DNA of 64,000 bases from Bdellovibrionales bacterium. Its GTDB lineage: Bacteria > Bdellovibrionota > Bdellovibrionia > Bdellovibrionales > UBA1609. The DNA lies in contig OZ241877.1 of assembly GCA_965203095.1 (NCBI GenBank), positions 992,001 through 1,056,000 of the forward strand. The letters run 5' to 3'. A model generated the notes under the pieces. The model was not told where the DNA came from, searched no databases, and saw nothing but the letters and a program-made list of their open reading frames with translations. The position numbers were made by a program, and so were the translations under genes. This document shows positions 49,224 to 58,664 of this stretch, one piece after another. Position 1 is the stretch's first letter, and each line of letters opens with the position of its first letter.

Positions 49224-49895
49224 ATGAATATTTTGATTTATTTTTTGCAAAAAACTATCGGTCAAAAAATTGTTGTGGCCTTAACTGGACTGGGGCTTTG
49301 CCTGTTCCTCTTGATCCACATGGCCGGCAATTTACTGATTCTCTCCGGGCCTTCAGCTTATAACAAATACGCCTATAGCCTTCATGAATTTCCCTTATTT
49401 ATTCTGCTGGAGATGGGCTTAGCCCTTTTTTTTGCCGGACATATTTTGCTCAGCTTTTTGCTCTTGATGAAAAACAAAAAAGCCCGCGGATCAGAGGATT
49501 ATAAAATATTCCATAGTAGTGGGGGGAAAGCCAGCCCTTGGAGACACCGTTTTTTATGGTTTCAAGCTGGCGGACTGTTTATTTTTTTGATCCTTCATCT
49601 GCTGTCTTTTAAATTTGGCCCCTATTATGAGACTCAACTGGAAGGGCAAGTGGTTCGGGATATTTATAGATTGGTTGTGGAAAATTTTAAAAAACCCATT
49701 TACCCTATTGGCTACAGTCTGGTCCTTTTGATTTTATTTGTCCATCTGTTGAGGGGCTTTTCCGCCAGCTTTAAAAGTTTAGGGCTGTCTCGTCCCATCT
49801 ATGTTTTTTTTGTGGAAAAGCTGGCTTGGCTGTTGGCTTTAGTCGTCACCTTTGGCTTTCTTGCTCCAATATGGTATGTTTTTATTTGGATATAA
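49224..49895 (+). CDS. sdhC: Succinate dehydrogenase/fumarate reductase cytochrome b subunit
   Basis: IGQKIVVALTG, HMAGNL, five transmembrane helices with His ligands; AGGAGG RBS. Confidence 0.93.
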   Translation: MNILIYFLQKTIGQKIVVALTGLGLCLFLLIHMAGNLLILSGPSAYNKYAYSLHEFPLFILLEMGLALFFAGHILLSFLLLMKNKKARGSEDYKIFHSSGGKASPWRHRFLWFQAGGLFIFLILHLLSFKFGPYYETQLEGQVVRDIYRLVVENFKKPIYPIGYSLVLLILFVHLLRGFSASFKSLGLSRPIYVFFVEKLAWLLALVVTFGFLAPIWYVFIWI

Positions 49896-49957
49896 TATGG
49901 TTTTTGTTGGGAAAACCTATTAGACAGTCTTTCGTGAAAAAGCTTAGAATATAAAAC

Positions 49958-51895
49958 ATGATAAAAGAAAATTTTTTTAATAAGCACAGTGCTCGCATTC
50001 CTGAAGGCCCTATAGAGGACAAGTGGGACAATGCCAAGCTCTCCTATAAGTTAATCAACCCTGCAAACAGGAAAAAGTTTGATGTGATTGTTGTAGGTGC
50101 TGGTTTGGCCGGTGCTTCTGCAGTGGCCAGCTTAGGGGAAATGGATTACCGAGTAAAGCTCTTTGTTTTGCATGACAGCCCTCGCCGGGCCCATTCCATA
50201 TCCGCTCAAGGAGGAATTAACGCGGCTAAAAATTATCAAAATGATGGAGATTCCATTCAAAGATTGTTTTATGACACTATTAAAGGGGGGGATTTCAGAT
50301 CTCGTGAAGCCAATGTTTTCCGTTTAGCTCAGCTTTCGGGAAACATTATCGATCAATGTGTAGCTCAAGGGGTCCCTTTTGCCAGAGAGTATGGAGGAAT
50401 GTTGGCCAACCGTTCTTTTGGCGGGGCACAAGTGTCCCGAACTTTTTATGCCAGAGGCCAAACAGGACAACAACTTCTTTTAGGAGCTTACGGTGCACTT
50501 TTAAAACAGGTTCAGGCCGGCACTGTTCAACTTTTTACTCACCATGAAATGCTTAATCTTGTTGTTTATAAAGGTCAAGCCCAAGGGATTGTGACTCGCG
50601 ATCTCCTCACTGGAAAAATCAAAAGCTTTAGAGCACAGGCAGTGGTTTTATGCACAGGGGGTTATAGTAATGTTTTTTACCTTTCCACCAATGCGATGAA
50701 CTCCAATGTCACGGCCATCTGGCGATCTCACAAAAAAGGGGCTTTGTTTGCCAATCCCTCTTTTGTTCAGATTCATCCCACTTGTATCCCTCAAAGCGGG
50801 GATCATCAATCCAAACTGACCTTAATGTCTGAGTCTTTAAGAAATGATGGGCGAGTTTGGGTCCCTCTTAAAAAAGGAGATAACCGTAGGGCTGAGAATA
50901 TTCCGGAAGAGGAGAGAGATTATTACTTAGAAAGAATTTACCCTGCTTTTGGAAACCTTGTCCCCAGGGATGTAGCTTCTCGTCAAGCCAAGTTTCAAGT
51001 GGATAAAGGACATGGTGTGGGGGCCACCAGCCAAGCAGTATATTTGGATTTTGCACAAGTTTTGAGGGAAAAAGGCCAAAAAGCCATAGCAGAAAAGTAT
51101 GGCAATCTTTTCAGCATGTATCATCGTATCACTGGCGAAGATCCTTATAAAAAACCTATGAGAATTTATCCCGCTGTTCATTACACTATGGGCGGTTTGT
51201 GGGTGGATTACGATGGACAAAGCTCACTTAAGGGCCTATTTGTTTTAGGAGAGGCTAATTTTTCCGATCATGGGGCCAATCGGCTGGGAGCATCGGCTTT
51301 AATGCAGGGGCTGGCTGATGGTTATTTTATCCTTCCTTATAGCTTAAGTCATTTTTTAGCTCAAAGTGCTGGGTTGGAGTTTAAAAAGCAAGCTTTTAAA
51401 GAGGCCGAAGAGGAGAGTCAAGAGCATTTACAAAAGATTTTAAATTTAAAAGGTTCTCAAACAGTGGATCAAATTCATAAAAAATTAGGAAATCTTTTGT
51501 GGGAACATGTGGGGATGATTCGCTCTAAAGAGGGCTTAACAAAAGCTCAAGACCAGATCCTATCCTTGAGGCAGGAGTTTTGGAATGATATTTTTGTTCC
51601 CGGTGAGAAAAATTATAAAAATCAAGAGTTAGAAAAAGCTGGCCGAGTGGCTGATTTTTTAGAGTTAGGAGAGTTAATGGCCATTGATGCTTTAAAAAGA
51701 GAAGAGTCTTGTGGTTGTCATTTTCGTGTGGAGCACCAAACCCAAGATCATGAGGCTTTAAGAAATGATAAAAACTTTTCCCATGTTTCGGCTTGGGAAA
51801 TGCAAGAGTTCTCTTTTTCTCGCCTTTTATGGCAAGAGCATAGAGAACAGCTTTTATTTAAAAAAGCACAACCCGGCCAAAGGAATTACAAATAG
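49958..51895 (+). CDS. sdhA: Succinate dehydrogenase/fumarate reductase flavoprotein
   Basis: [38 protein letters not shown] and REESCGCH. Confidence 0.96.
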   Translation: MIKENFFNKHSARIPEGPIEDKWDNAKLSYKLINPANRKKFDVIVVGAGLAGASAVASLGEMDYRVKLFVLHDSPRRAHSISAQGGINAAKNYQNDGDSIQRLFYDTIKGGDFRSREANVFRLAQLSGNIIDQCVAQGVPFAREYGGMLANRSFGGAQVSRTFYARGQTGQQLLLGAYGALLKQVQAGTVQLFTHHEMLNLVVYKGQAQGIVTRDLLTGKIKSFRAQAVVLCTGGYSNVFYLSTNAMNSNVTAIWRSHKKGALFANPSFVQIHPTCIPQSGDHQSKLTLMSESLRNDGRVWVPLKKGDNRRAENIPEEERDYYLERIYPAFGNLVPRDVASRQAKFQVDKGHGVGATSQAVYLDFAQVLREKGQKAIAEKYGNLFSMYHRITGEDPYKKPMRIYPAVHYTMGGLWVDYDGQSSLKGLFVLGEANFSDHGANRLGASALMQGLADGYFILPYSLSHFLAQSAGLEFKKQAFKEAEEESQEHLQKILNLKGSQTVDQIHKKLGNLLWEHVGMIRSKEGLTKAQDQILSLRQEFWNDIFVPGEKNYKNQELEKAGRVADFLELGELMAIDALKREESCGCHFRVEHQTQDHEALRNDKNFSHVSAWEMQEFSFSRLLWQEHREQLLFKKAQPGQRNYK

Positions 51896-51921
51896 AGGCT
51901 CAAAAGCTCTGAAGGGGAATC

Positions 51922-52671
51922 ATGAACTTTACATTAAAAATATGGAGGCAAAAAGGGCCAAAGGCCAAAGGCTTTTTTCAAACAGTTCTTGTGGAGGATA
52001 TTTCACCTGACATGTCTTTTTTAGAGATGTTGGATCAAGTCAACCACAATATGATTTTAAAGCGGGAAGAACCGGTGGCCTTTGATCATGACTGTCGAGA
52101 GGGGATTTGCGGGACTTGTGGTCTGGTAATTAATGGAGAGCCTCATGGCCCGCAAAAAGCAGTGGCGACCTGTCAACTGTATATGAGACAGTTTAAAGAT
52201 CAAACTGAAATTTGCATTGAGCCTTTCAAGGCCAAAGCCTTTCCCATCATTAAGGATCTGATTGTGGATCGTTCCAGCTTGGATCGTATTCAAAAGGAGG
52301 GAGGCTACATTTCTGTCCGGACAGGGAGTGCCCCCTCAGCCAACGCGATTCCTATTTCTAAAAAACAGGCTGGCGAGGCTTTTTCTTCAGCTCTTTGCAT
52401 TGGTTGTGGAGCTTGCGTGGCCAGCTGTAAAAATGCCTCTGCCAGCCTGTTCACCGCGGCGAGAATATTTCACTTTTCTAAACTGCCTCAAGGGCAAGCA
52501 GAACAAGAGGATCGTGTTTTAAATATGACAGCTCAAATGGATAAAGAGGGTTTTGGTGCTTGTTCGCATGCGGGAACTTGCTCCTCAGTTTGTCCAAAAG
52601 AGATTCGATTAGAGACTATTGCTGAAATGAATCGACTTTGGAGAAAATCCCTTCTTAAAAGACAAAACTAA
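51922..52671 (+). CDS. sdhB: Succinate dehydrogenase/fumarate reductase iron-sulfur subunit
   Basis: CREGICGTC, CIGCGACVASC and CSHAGTCSSVCP. Confidence 0.96.
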   Translation: MNFTLKIWRQKGPKAKGFFQTVLVEDISPDMSFLEMLDQVNHNMILKREEPVAFDHDCREGICGTCGLVINGEPHGPQKAVATCQLYMRQFKDQTEICIEPFKAKAFPIIKDLIVDRSSLDRIQKEGGYISVRTGSAPSANAIPISKKQAGEAFSSALCIGCGACVASCKNASASLFTAARIFHFSKLPQGQAEQEDRVLNMTAQMDKEGFGACSHAGTCSSVCPKEIRLETIAEMNRLWRKSLLKRQN

Positions 52672-52703
52672 AAAAGGTCTCATCAGACAATGAGACCTTT
52701 TTT
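52670..52703. terminator. Bidirectional intrinsic terminator
   Basis: AAAAAAGGTCTCAT-cagaca-ATGAGACCTTTTTT between convergent genes. Confidence 0.9.
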
Positions 52704-52722
52704 AAATCAAAAAATCAAATTA

Positions 52723-52911
52723 TTATCTTTTTTTACGCCCTGCCTTTTTTCTTCCGGTTTTTCTGCGAGTCACTTTTTTGCGTCCCGCCTTTTTTCTTCC
52801 GGTTTTTCTGCGAGTCACTTTTTTGCGTCCCGCCTTTTTTCTTCCGGCTTTTTTACGGGTCACTTTTTTGCGTCCCGCCTTTTTTCTTCCGGCTTTCTTT
52901 TTTGCAGGCAT
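52723..52911 (-). CDS. Histone H1-like/protamine-like Lys/Arg-rich repeat protein
   Basis: AGGAGG RBS; MPAK followed by 11 pentapeptides (KKAGR/KKVTR/RKTGR); 37 of 62 residues are basic; followed by a terminator. Confidence 0.85.
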   Translation of the reverse strand: MPAKKKAGRKKAGRKKVTRKKAGRKKAGRKKVTRRKTGRKKAGRKKVTRRKTGRKKAGRKKR

Positions 52912-53074
52912 AGTTAACCTCCTGTTGTTTTTTTAGCTGAAGAATAACAACTTCAGCTTTTACTTTTTTAGTGTTGACTCAAAAAACCTCCCCGTCAAAT
53001 CTTTTTTTAATTATTTTTAATTTTTTTTCAATTTAAGCCTTTATGGAAAGTTTTTTGCTAATACATTTATTAGG

Positions 53075-53803
53075 ATGCTGATAGCCATTCAAACTGTGTT
53101 TTTTGGATTTTTATCTCGAAATCTTATCAAAGAGATGTTTTTTCTCCATCTGATAACTCAAAATGGGAGGCGGATTTTAGAGTTTTTCCTTCTTTTTTAT
53201 TTTTTATTTGTGTTTCTTCTTCAAAAAAGCTTGGTTTTTTCTCTTTTTCTGTTTCTCATACCTTTGATTTTTACCCTGATATTGTTTATTTTCTTAAAAA
53301 AACAAGAGGAAAAGAATTTCTTGTCCCAGCTCTGTTCTCTTCTTCTTCCTTTAGAATCTCAAATGAAATCAGGTATTAGTTTTATCAATGGTTGGCAAAA
53401 AGCCCAAGCAGAGCTGAAATCAGAAAAAATAAGAACCAAGGTTCAAAATATTACTGAGATTTTAAAATTTCAACAAAAATTCCATTATCCAGACAAAGAT
53501 GTTGAAAATTTTGTTCAAGATCTTCGTCTCATCCATCAAAGTGCTCATCCTTTGCAAAAATTAAAACATTTGAAGAGAAAAGTAAAAATTGAACAGTCAT
53601 TTCAAATCAAATCCAAAAGAGCTCTTCTTCAAATTCGAATCCAATCTGGCATTTTAAGCCTCTTTTATTTTGGACTTTTGGCTTGGACGGTCACAGCTCA
53701 TTCTGGCAAATACATTCATTTGATAGCTTTTTCATTTATTTTGTTTTTTTCTGGTTTGTTATGGATTTTTCAAACAGGGAGGAAAATGAAATGGTCTGTT
53801 TAG
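53075..53803 (+). CDS. TadB/GspF-like inner membrane protein
   Basis: Transmembrane segments, cytoplasmic QMKSGISF helix and QIRIQSGIL followed by two transmembrane segments; the similarity is weak. Confidence 0.5.
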   Translation: MLIAIQTVFFGFLSRNLIKEMFFLHLITQNGRRILEFFLLFYFLFVFLLQKSLVFSLFLFLIPLIFTLILFIFLKKQEEKNFLSQLCSLLLPLESQMKSGISFINGWQKAQAELKSEKIRTKVQNITEILKFQQKFHYPDKDVENFVQDLRLIHQSAHPLQKLKHLKRKVKIEQSFQIKSKRALLQIRIQSGILSLFYFGLLAWTVTAHSGKYIHLIAFSFILFFSGLLWIFQTGRKMKWSV

Positions 53804-54222
53804 CACCACCGTTAAAAGCAGTTTTAGAGATTCGCCTTCATATTGAAAATGGCGTTTCTGTCTCGCAAGCCATTCGTATTTATTCTCAAAGGAATGTGTT
53901 TGAGCCTTTTGCTAAGGATTTAGGGCTTTGGCTTTTTGCCCAGGAGACGGGAAAAAGCTGTCCAGCAAAAAGTTTCAATACTTTTTACAGAAAACGGCTT
54001 ATCGATATTTTAACTTGTGGTTTGCAAGGAGAACCTATTTTGTCAGCACTTTGTGATTTGGAAAAAGATCTGATTTTTGCTGTGAATGAGGATATCGAGC
54101 AACATTTACAGAAATTGCCTTTGCTCAGTTTGATTCCCTTAATGTTGTTGGAATTTCCTGCTTTTTTTCTGCTTTTAGTTGGCCCTTTGCTTTTGAATCT
54201 TTTGTCGGCTCTGCAAAATTAA
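53791..54222 (+). CDS. TadC/GspF-like protein
   Basis: IENGVSV, GEPILSAL and LIPLMLLEFPAFFLLLVGP (TadC-like terminal helix). Start moved to ATG 53791. Confidence 0.55.
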   Translation: MVCLAPPLKAVLEIRLHIENGVSVSQAIRIYSQRNVFEPFAKDLGLWLFAQETGKSCPAKSFNTFYRKRLIDILTCGLQGEPILSALCDLEKDLIFAVNEDIEQHLQKLPLLSLIPLMLLEFPAFFLLLVGPLLLNLLSALQN

Positions 54223-54235
54223 AAAAGGATAACTT

Positions 54236-54622
54236 ATGTCATCTCTAAAAATTTTTTGGAAAAGCAGTTTATTTTTTTTCTTTTTTTTCAGCTCCCCTTG
54301 TCCGGCAGAGTTTTTGGATCGCATTCTCCGATCAGAAACCATAGAGACTTTGACGCTAAATATCAAAAAGCAAGAACAGGATATGTTTTTGAATAAGCTT
54401 TGTGAAAAGCAAAAAGCCAGCAAAAAAGCTCCAATAGCTTGTTATGAGCTGGATTTATCGGGAGATAATTGGTGTTTGAGCTTGAAAATAGAAGATTTTA
54501 GCCTTGAAAGCTTGAATAAAGCTCTCAAGTCTTCTTTTTTATCTTCCACTTGTCGCAAGTATTTGAAAGAGAAACAAAAAATTTTGATTTATAGAGAAAA
54601 GGATCTTCTTTTGCTGAAATAA
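54236..54622 (+). CDS. Hypothetical exported protein
   Basis: AAGGA RBS, signal-like N-terminus and several cysteines. Confidence 0.55.
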   Translation: MSSLKIFWKSSLFFFFFFSSPCPAEFLDRILRSETIETLTLNIKKQEQDMFLNKLCEKQKASKKAPIACYELDLSGDNWCLSLKIEDFSLESLNKALKSSFLSSTCRKYLKEKQKILIYREKDLLLLK

Positions 54623-54641
54623 AAAAACTATTGGACAAGTA

Positions 54642-55793
54642 GTGGGCCTATCCCTTAAAAAAAGCAGGATGCCCTTTAAAATTAAAGTCCCTGCCAAAAG
54701 GAATCTTTTGGCACAAGGCTTGCCTTATCAAATTCTTTTTTCTTTTAAAAAAGACTCTTCTAAACAGATTTTTAAAGCTTTGAGAAAAGACTTAAGAACT
54801 GGGGTTCAACAAGAGGTTTTAGTTAAAATCTTTTTAAAGGACAGTTCTTCTTTCCGGGAAGAGTTTGAGTCGCTTTCTCAAATATCTTCATCTTATTGTG
54901 TTCGTTTGATTGGTTTTGAAAGTTTTGCTGGAAAAAACAGTTTGATTTTAGAATACATTCCAGGGGTCAGTCTTTTTAAACTGATAGAGAGCTTTTCGCT
55001 CTCATCTGAAGAGATAGGGCATATTTTGGTTTCCATTTATAAAGGGCTTTTGGATTTGAACCGGCAGAACCTTTGCCATGGGGATCTCAGTTTGGACAAT
55101 GTGCTCATTGATGAGAAGGCTCATATTAAGCTTATCGATTTTGGAAAAGCCAATTATGAGCGAGGCACTCAAGGGACAGCTCCTTTTATGGCTCCGGAAA
55201 TTTTAAAAGGAGCACGAGCCAATTTCCTTTCCGACTTATATTCTTTAGGTGTTATAGAGACTTTACTTCGAACACCCTGCCCGCTCACTTCCCTAAAAGA
55301 TTTGAAGGCGGAAGATTTAAGTCAAAACAACCCTCTTTTATTTAAAGATCCAAAAAAAAGATTTTTTCCAGAGAGTTTAAAAAATCAGGATATATCTTTT
55401 GAACAGCTGAGATTTCTCAGCTATAAGGTTAAAGAGCTGTTGTCCCTTGCAGAATGTCGCCGACAGCCCACTTTAAAAAACTCTTGTTCGAAAAGGTCTG
55501 CTTTTTTTCCTGCTTTTGTGAAGAGTATGGTTTTTTTTCTTTTTTTGCTTTTTGCCGGTATGGCCAGCTCCCCGCCTTATATCTCTTACGGTTGGGTTAA
55601 AGTTTATACTAATGAATGGTTTGTTGTTCGTGTGGATGGTTTTCAATCTTACACACCTCTTGCTCTTCCTTTAAAACCGGGTTGGCGATTTATTGAATGG
55701 AGAAACCGTCAATCCCAAGGCATTAAAAAAATTTTTATATCTGAAGGAAAGGCTGTTTTTTTAAATGATCAAAGTTTTTTATCCGATAAATGA
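54642..55793 (+). CDS. Hanks-type Ser/Thr protein kinase, membrane-anchored
   Basis: VLVK, LILEY, HGDLSLDNV, LIDFG, GTAPFMAPE and SDLYSLG; transmembrane segment and short C-terminal domain. Confidence 0.88.
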   Translation: MGLSLKKSRMPFKIKVPAKRNLLAQGLPYQILFSFKKDSSKQIFKALRKDLRTGVQQEVLVKIFLKDSSSFREEFESLSQISSSYCVRLIGFESFAGKNSLILEYIPGVSLFKLIESFSLSSEEIGHILVSIYKGLLDLNRQNLCHGDLSLDNVLIDEKAHIKLIDFGKANYERGTQGTAPFMAPEILKGARANFLSDLYSLGVIETLLRTPCPLTSLKDLKAEDLSQNNPLLFKDPKKRFFPESLKNQDISFEQLRFLSYKVKELLSLAECRRQPTLKNSCSKRSAFFPAFVKSMVFFLFLLFAGMASSPPYISYGWVKVYTNEWFVVRVDGFQSYTPLALPLKPGWRFIEWRNRQSQGIKKIFISEGKAVFLNDQSFLSDK

Positions 55794-55861
55794 AATTTTT
55801 ATATTTTTTTGAAAATATAAAAGATCTTTTTACGGATGGCTAATTACAAGAGGGAAATCTA

Positions 55862-56647
55862 TTGGATTGGACTGATATAGGCTTGGGTTTTTTACAAGGA
55901 GCGACAGAGTTTTTGCCAGTATCCAGTTCTGGCCATCTGTTTTTGTTGGAAAGTTTTTTAAATACTGGTTCCAGTTCTCTTTATTTTGTCTTACTGCTAC
56001 ATTCAGCAACTCTTTTTTCTATATTTGTTGTGTTTTTCAAAGATCTCAAAGTTTTTATTTTAAAATGGCCCTCTAAAAGCCATCGCCAATTATTGTTTAA
56101 GGTCTTGTTGTCCCTTATGCCATTGTTTTTAGTGGGTTTGTTTTTGAGATCTTTTGTTGAGCAAAGTTTTGAAAAAAGCACTGTGGCTTGGGGCTTTTTC
56201 AGCTCTGGCTGTATCCTTTTCTCTCTTTTTTTTGTTCGAAAACGAAATCGAACTTTACAGGAAATAAACTATTTTCAAGCTCTGTTGATTGGCACAGCCC
56301 AAGCTTTCGCTGTTTTGCCGGGTTTTTCCCGCTCGGCATGGACTATTGCTACCGGCCTTTACTGTGGCTTGTCTGGTCGGAGTGCTGTCTATTTTAGTTT
56401 TTTGATTTCCATCCCCGCGATTGCTGGTTCTGCTTTAATGGCTTTAGTTTTAAATTTGAAGACTCCACCGGAAAGTGCGGTGGCAGGTTGGACCTCAGTA
56501 ATGTCATTTTCTTTGGCTTTTCTATCTGCTTTTTTAAGTGGGCTTTTAAGCCTACTTTTAGTTTTAAAAATGACTCAGGAGAGGAAACTTCCGTTTTTTG
56601 CCTTTTACCTCTTGCCTTTAAGCTTGATAGTTTATTTGTTCTTATAG
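55862..56647 (+). CDS. uppP: Undecaprenyl-diphosphate phosphatase
   Basis: QGATEFLPVSSSGH, AVLPGFSRS and FSFLISIP. Confidence 0.95.
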   Translation: MDWTDIGLGFLQGATEFLPVSSSGHLFLLESFLNTGSSSLYFVLLLHSATLFSIFVVFFKDLKVFILKWPSKSHRQLLFKVLLSLMPLFLVGLFLRSFVEQSFEKSTVAWGFFSSGCILFSLFFVRKRNRTLQEINYFQALLIGTAQAFAVLPGFSRSAWTIATGLYCGLSGRSAVYFSFLISIPAIAGSALMALVLNLKTPPESAVAGWTSVMSFSLAFLSAFLSGLLSLLLVLKMTQERKLPFFAFYLLPLSLIVYLFL

Positions 56648-56671
56648 GCGATTTTTAGAACGTATCAGATC

Positions 56672-56863
56672 TTATAATAGGACATCTAATGGGGGAATAT
56701 GACTGGCTTTTATAATTTTGAGCTTGTCTGCTGTCACATTATCCACAGCTTTTAAGCACAGCTTTTCCAACTCCTTGTTGATCTGATCGATAGCTTGTTT
56801 TGAGGTTTTCATTCCTTTCTGTTTAAAAAGATTTTTTATGTTTTTTGTGACGACTAAATGCAT
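56672..56863 (-). CDS. Bacterial histone-fold protein, homolog of B. bacteriovorus Bd0055 (HBb)
   Basis: 63 aa with AGGAG RBS. LVVT..IK.L.K.KG-M.TS...ID...K..E.LCLK.V....AD aligns with the Bd0055 sequence as I recall it. Confidence 0.85.
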   Translation of the reverse strand: MHLVVTKNIKNLFKQKGMKTSKQAIDQINKELEKLCLKAVDNVTADKLKIIKASHIPPLDVLL

Positions 56864-56909
56864 ATCTCCTCCTTATACTTCATGAAATATTGTAGCTCCA
56901 AAGATCCCC

Positions 56910-57149
56910 TTATCTTTGCCCTGTGCTACTCCCACCACTTCGTCTTTTACTTCGTTTTCTTTTTTGTTTTTTGCCAGATCGGTAGTCTCCTCTCCTCACC
57001 TGAGCTAAAAGTTCAGCATAAGAATTGACAGTAAAATCAGTATCTTGATGGGCATAATCGCATTGTTCTGTTGTGGATTGGAAATCTGTTTTTTTAGCTC
57101 CTGCCAAGGGCAAACAGATAAAAACACCTAAGACAAAGATATATTTCAT
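56910..57149 (-). CDS. Small secreted protein with basic C-terminal tail
   Basis: AGGAGG RBS, signal peptide and KKQKRKRSKRR tail. Confidence 0.7.
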   Translation of the reverse strand: MKYIFVLGVFICLPLAGAKKTDFQSTTEQCDYAHQDTDFTVNSYAELLAQVRRGDYRSGKKQKRKRSKRRSGGSSTGQR

Positions 57150-57331
57150 TTTAACCTCCTTATATGTGATAGCTATTTCATGGTTTTATGAAACCTAAAA
57201 AGATCTCTCACAAATTCTCATTCATCAGAGATGCATATAAATTATAAATGTTTTTCAAAAAATAAAAAGAAAAAACATAAAAAATTAACTAAAAAAAGTT
57301 TTTTCAGGCCAAAAATCAGCTTTTTTGAAGT

Positions 57332-58492
57332 TTATTTTTGAACCTGATAAGATATTTGCACATGGATGGGGCGGGAGTCTGTGTTTTTAAAGATGATATT
57401 TCTCCCATATTGCCTCCATTCCTTTTTAGCTCCTTTGATAAAATCCACCCTCACAGTTCCGGGAACAGGCTCTTGGCTTAATAAAACACTATTCTCAAGA
57501 GAGTTTTTTATATGTTGAGACAGTTTTTTCAACTCCTGCCCATAATCAGAACTGCATATATTGATATTATGGCCTCCTGTCAGTTCTGCCAGCTCAGCTA
57601 TAGAATGCGAAACATGAGCCACATGGGATTTTTCCCTTTCTGATTCTAAACAAGATGAGGATGAAGAATCATCTGTGACAAGAATGTTAAAGGCAATAAA
57701 CTTTTTATCTAAATGGCCGAAAACTTTGTTAAAAGTTCGGACAACATGTTCAGCGGTGGTGGCTCTTTTGCTGTCTTCTTTTCTCTCCGGTTCATTGGTA
57801 ATAATGATAGAGACAAAGTCAGCAGAAGGACGAAAAAGAGATCGATTATCTAAAGAGGCCCTTTGCATAGCCGACTTCAAAGAGCGAAGAGGTTGTTCCA
57901 GCCCAGAGTGGCAGTAAGGTGGTCTTTTACAGTTTAAAGATGGCAAATGAGAGATAGTGTGCAAAAACACTTCTTCATAATTAGAGATTTTTGGGCTTAA
58001 AATTTTAGATTTTAAAATACGATGTCCATCTTCTAAGTTCATCAGCCCCCCATATTGTCCATAAGGATTTAAGACATGATCTTTCCAGCTCTGTTGAAAA
58101 GCATGAAAATTTTGAGAATCTCCATGGTCAGCTGAAGTGAAACCTATTTGCCAATTATAGTTAGAGATAAAAGACAAGGCACTTGACAGAGAATGGCCCA
58201 ACTGTCCTAAGTGATGATACATTGAAGGGGATGTATCTACAATGAAAAGCATATCTAATAAGGCCTTTTTTTCCTCCAAAAAAAACTCCTCTTTAACATA
58301 AACCCTTTTAAAAGAACTTTCTTTTGATAAAGAAGCCATAGAGAACCTCCCATCGGCTTCTTTTAAGCTTTGAAATCCTGAAGAGTTGCAAGAGGCCCAC
58401 AAACTGCTGGAAAAAAGCAACAGTCCTGCTCGTTTTAAACACCAGTTTTTGTATTTGTTAGACAAAGGCTTTTTTTGATATATAGTTTTCAT
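57332..58492 (-). CDS. Lipoprotein with vWA-like domain (Bdellovibrio-type)
   Basis: Lipobox WASC; LDMLFIVDTSPSM (MIDAS-like DxSxS); EQPL, IIITNE and NICSSDYG. Confidence 0.7.
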   Translation of the reverse strand: MKTIYQKKPLSNKYKNWCLKRAGLLLFSSSLWASCNSSGFQSLKEADGRFSMASLSKESSFKRVYVKEEFFLEEKKALLDMLFIVDTSPSMYHHLGQLGHSLSSALSFISNYNWQIGFTSADHGDSQNFHAFQQSWKDHVLNPYGQYGGLMNLEDGHRILKSKILSPKISNYEEVFLHTISHLPSLNCKRPPYCHSGLEQPLRSLKSAMQRASLDNRSLFRPSADFVSIIITNEPERKEDSKRATTAEHVVRTFNKVFGHLDKKFIAFNILVTDDSSSSSCLESEREKSHVAHVSHSIAELAELTGGHNINICSSDYGQELKKLSQHIKNSLENSVLLSQEPVPGTVRVDFIKGAKKEWRQYGRNIIFKNTDSRPIHVQISYQVQK

Positions 58493-58507
58493 AATTTTTA
58501 TTAGAAG

Positions 58508-58564
58508 CGAGCTGAGACGGGGGCCAGGGAGGATGATCCAAAACCCCCCGCCATTAGTGCTCGC
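58508..58564 (-). promoter_or_regulatory. GC-rich hairpin in the 5' leader of 57332..58492
   Basis: GCGAGC/GCTCGC outer stem and GGCGGGGG/CCCCCGTC inner stem. Confidence 0.55.
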
Positions 58565-58582
58565 ACTTTCATACCACTTTCT

Positions 58583-58610
58583 TTTTCGGCAAGTTTTTAT
58601 GAAAAATTTA
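58583..58610 (-). promoter_or_regulatory. Putative sigma28 (FliA) promoter
   Basis: TAAA-N16-GCCGAAAA. Confidence 0.55.
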
Positions 58611-58664
58611 GCATTTTTTGCCTTAGAATTTGCTCTATTCCAATAATTTTCATAGTCTAAGAGG

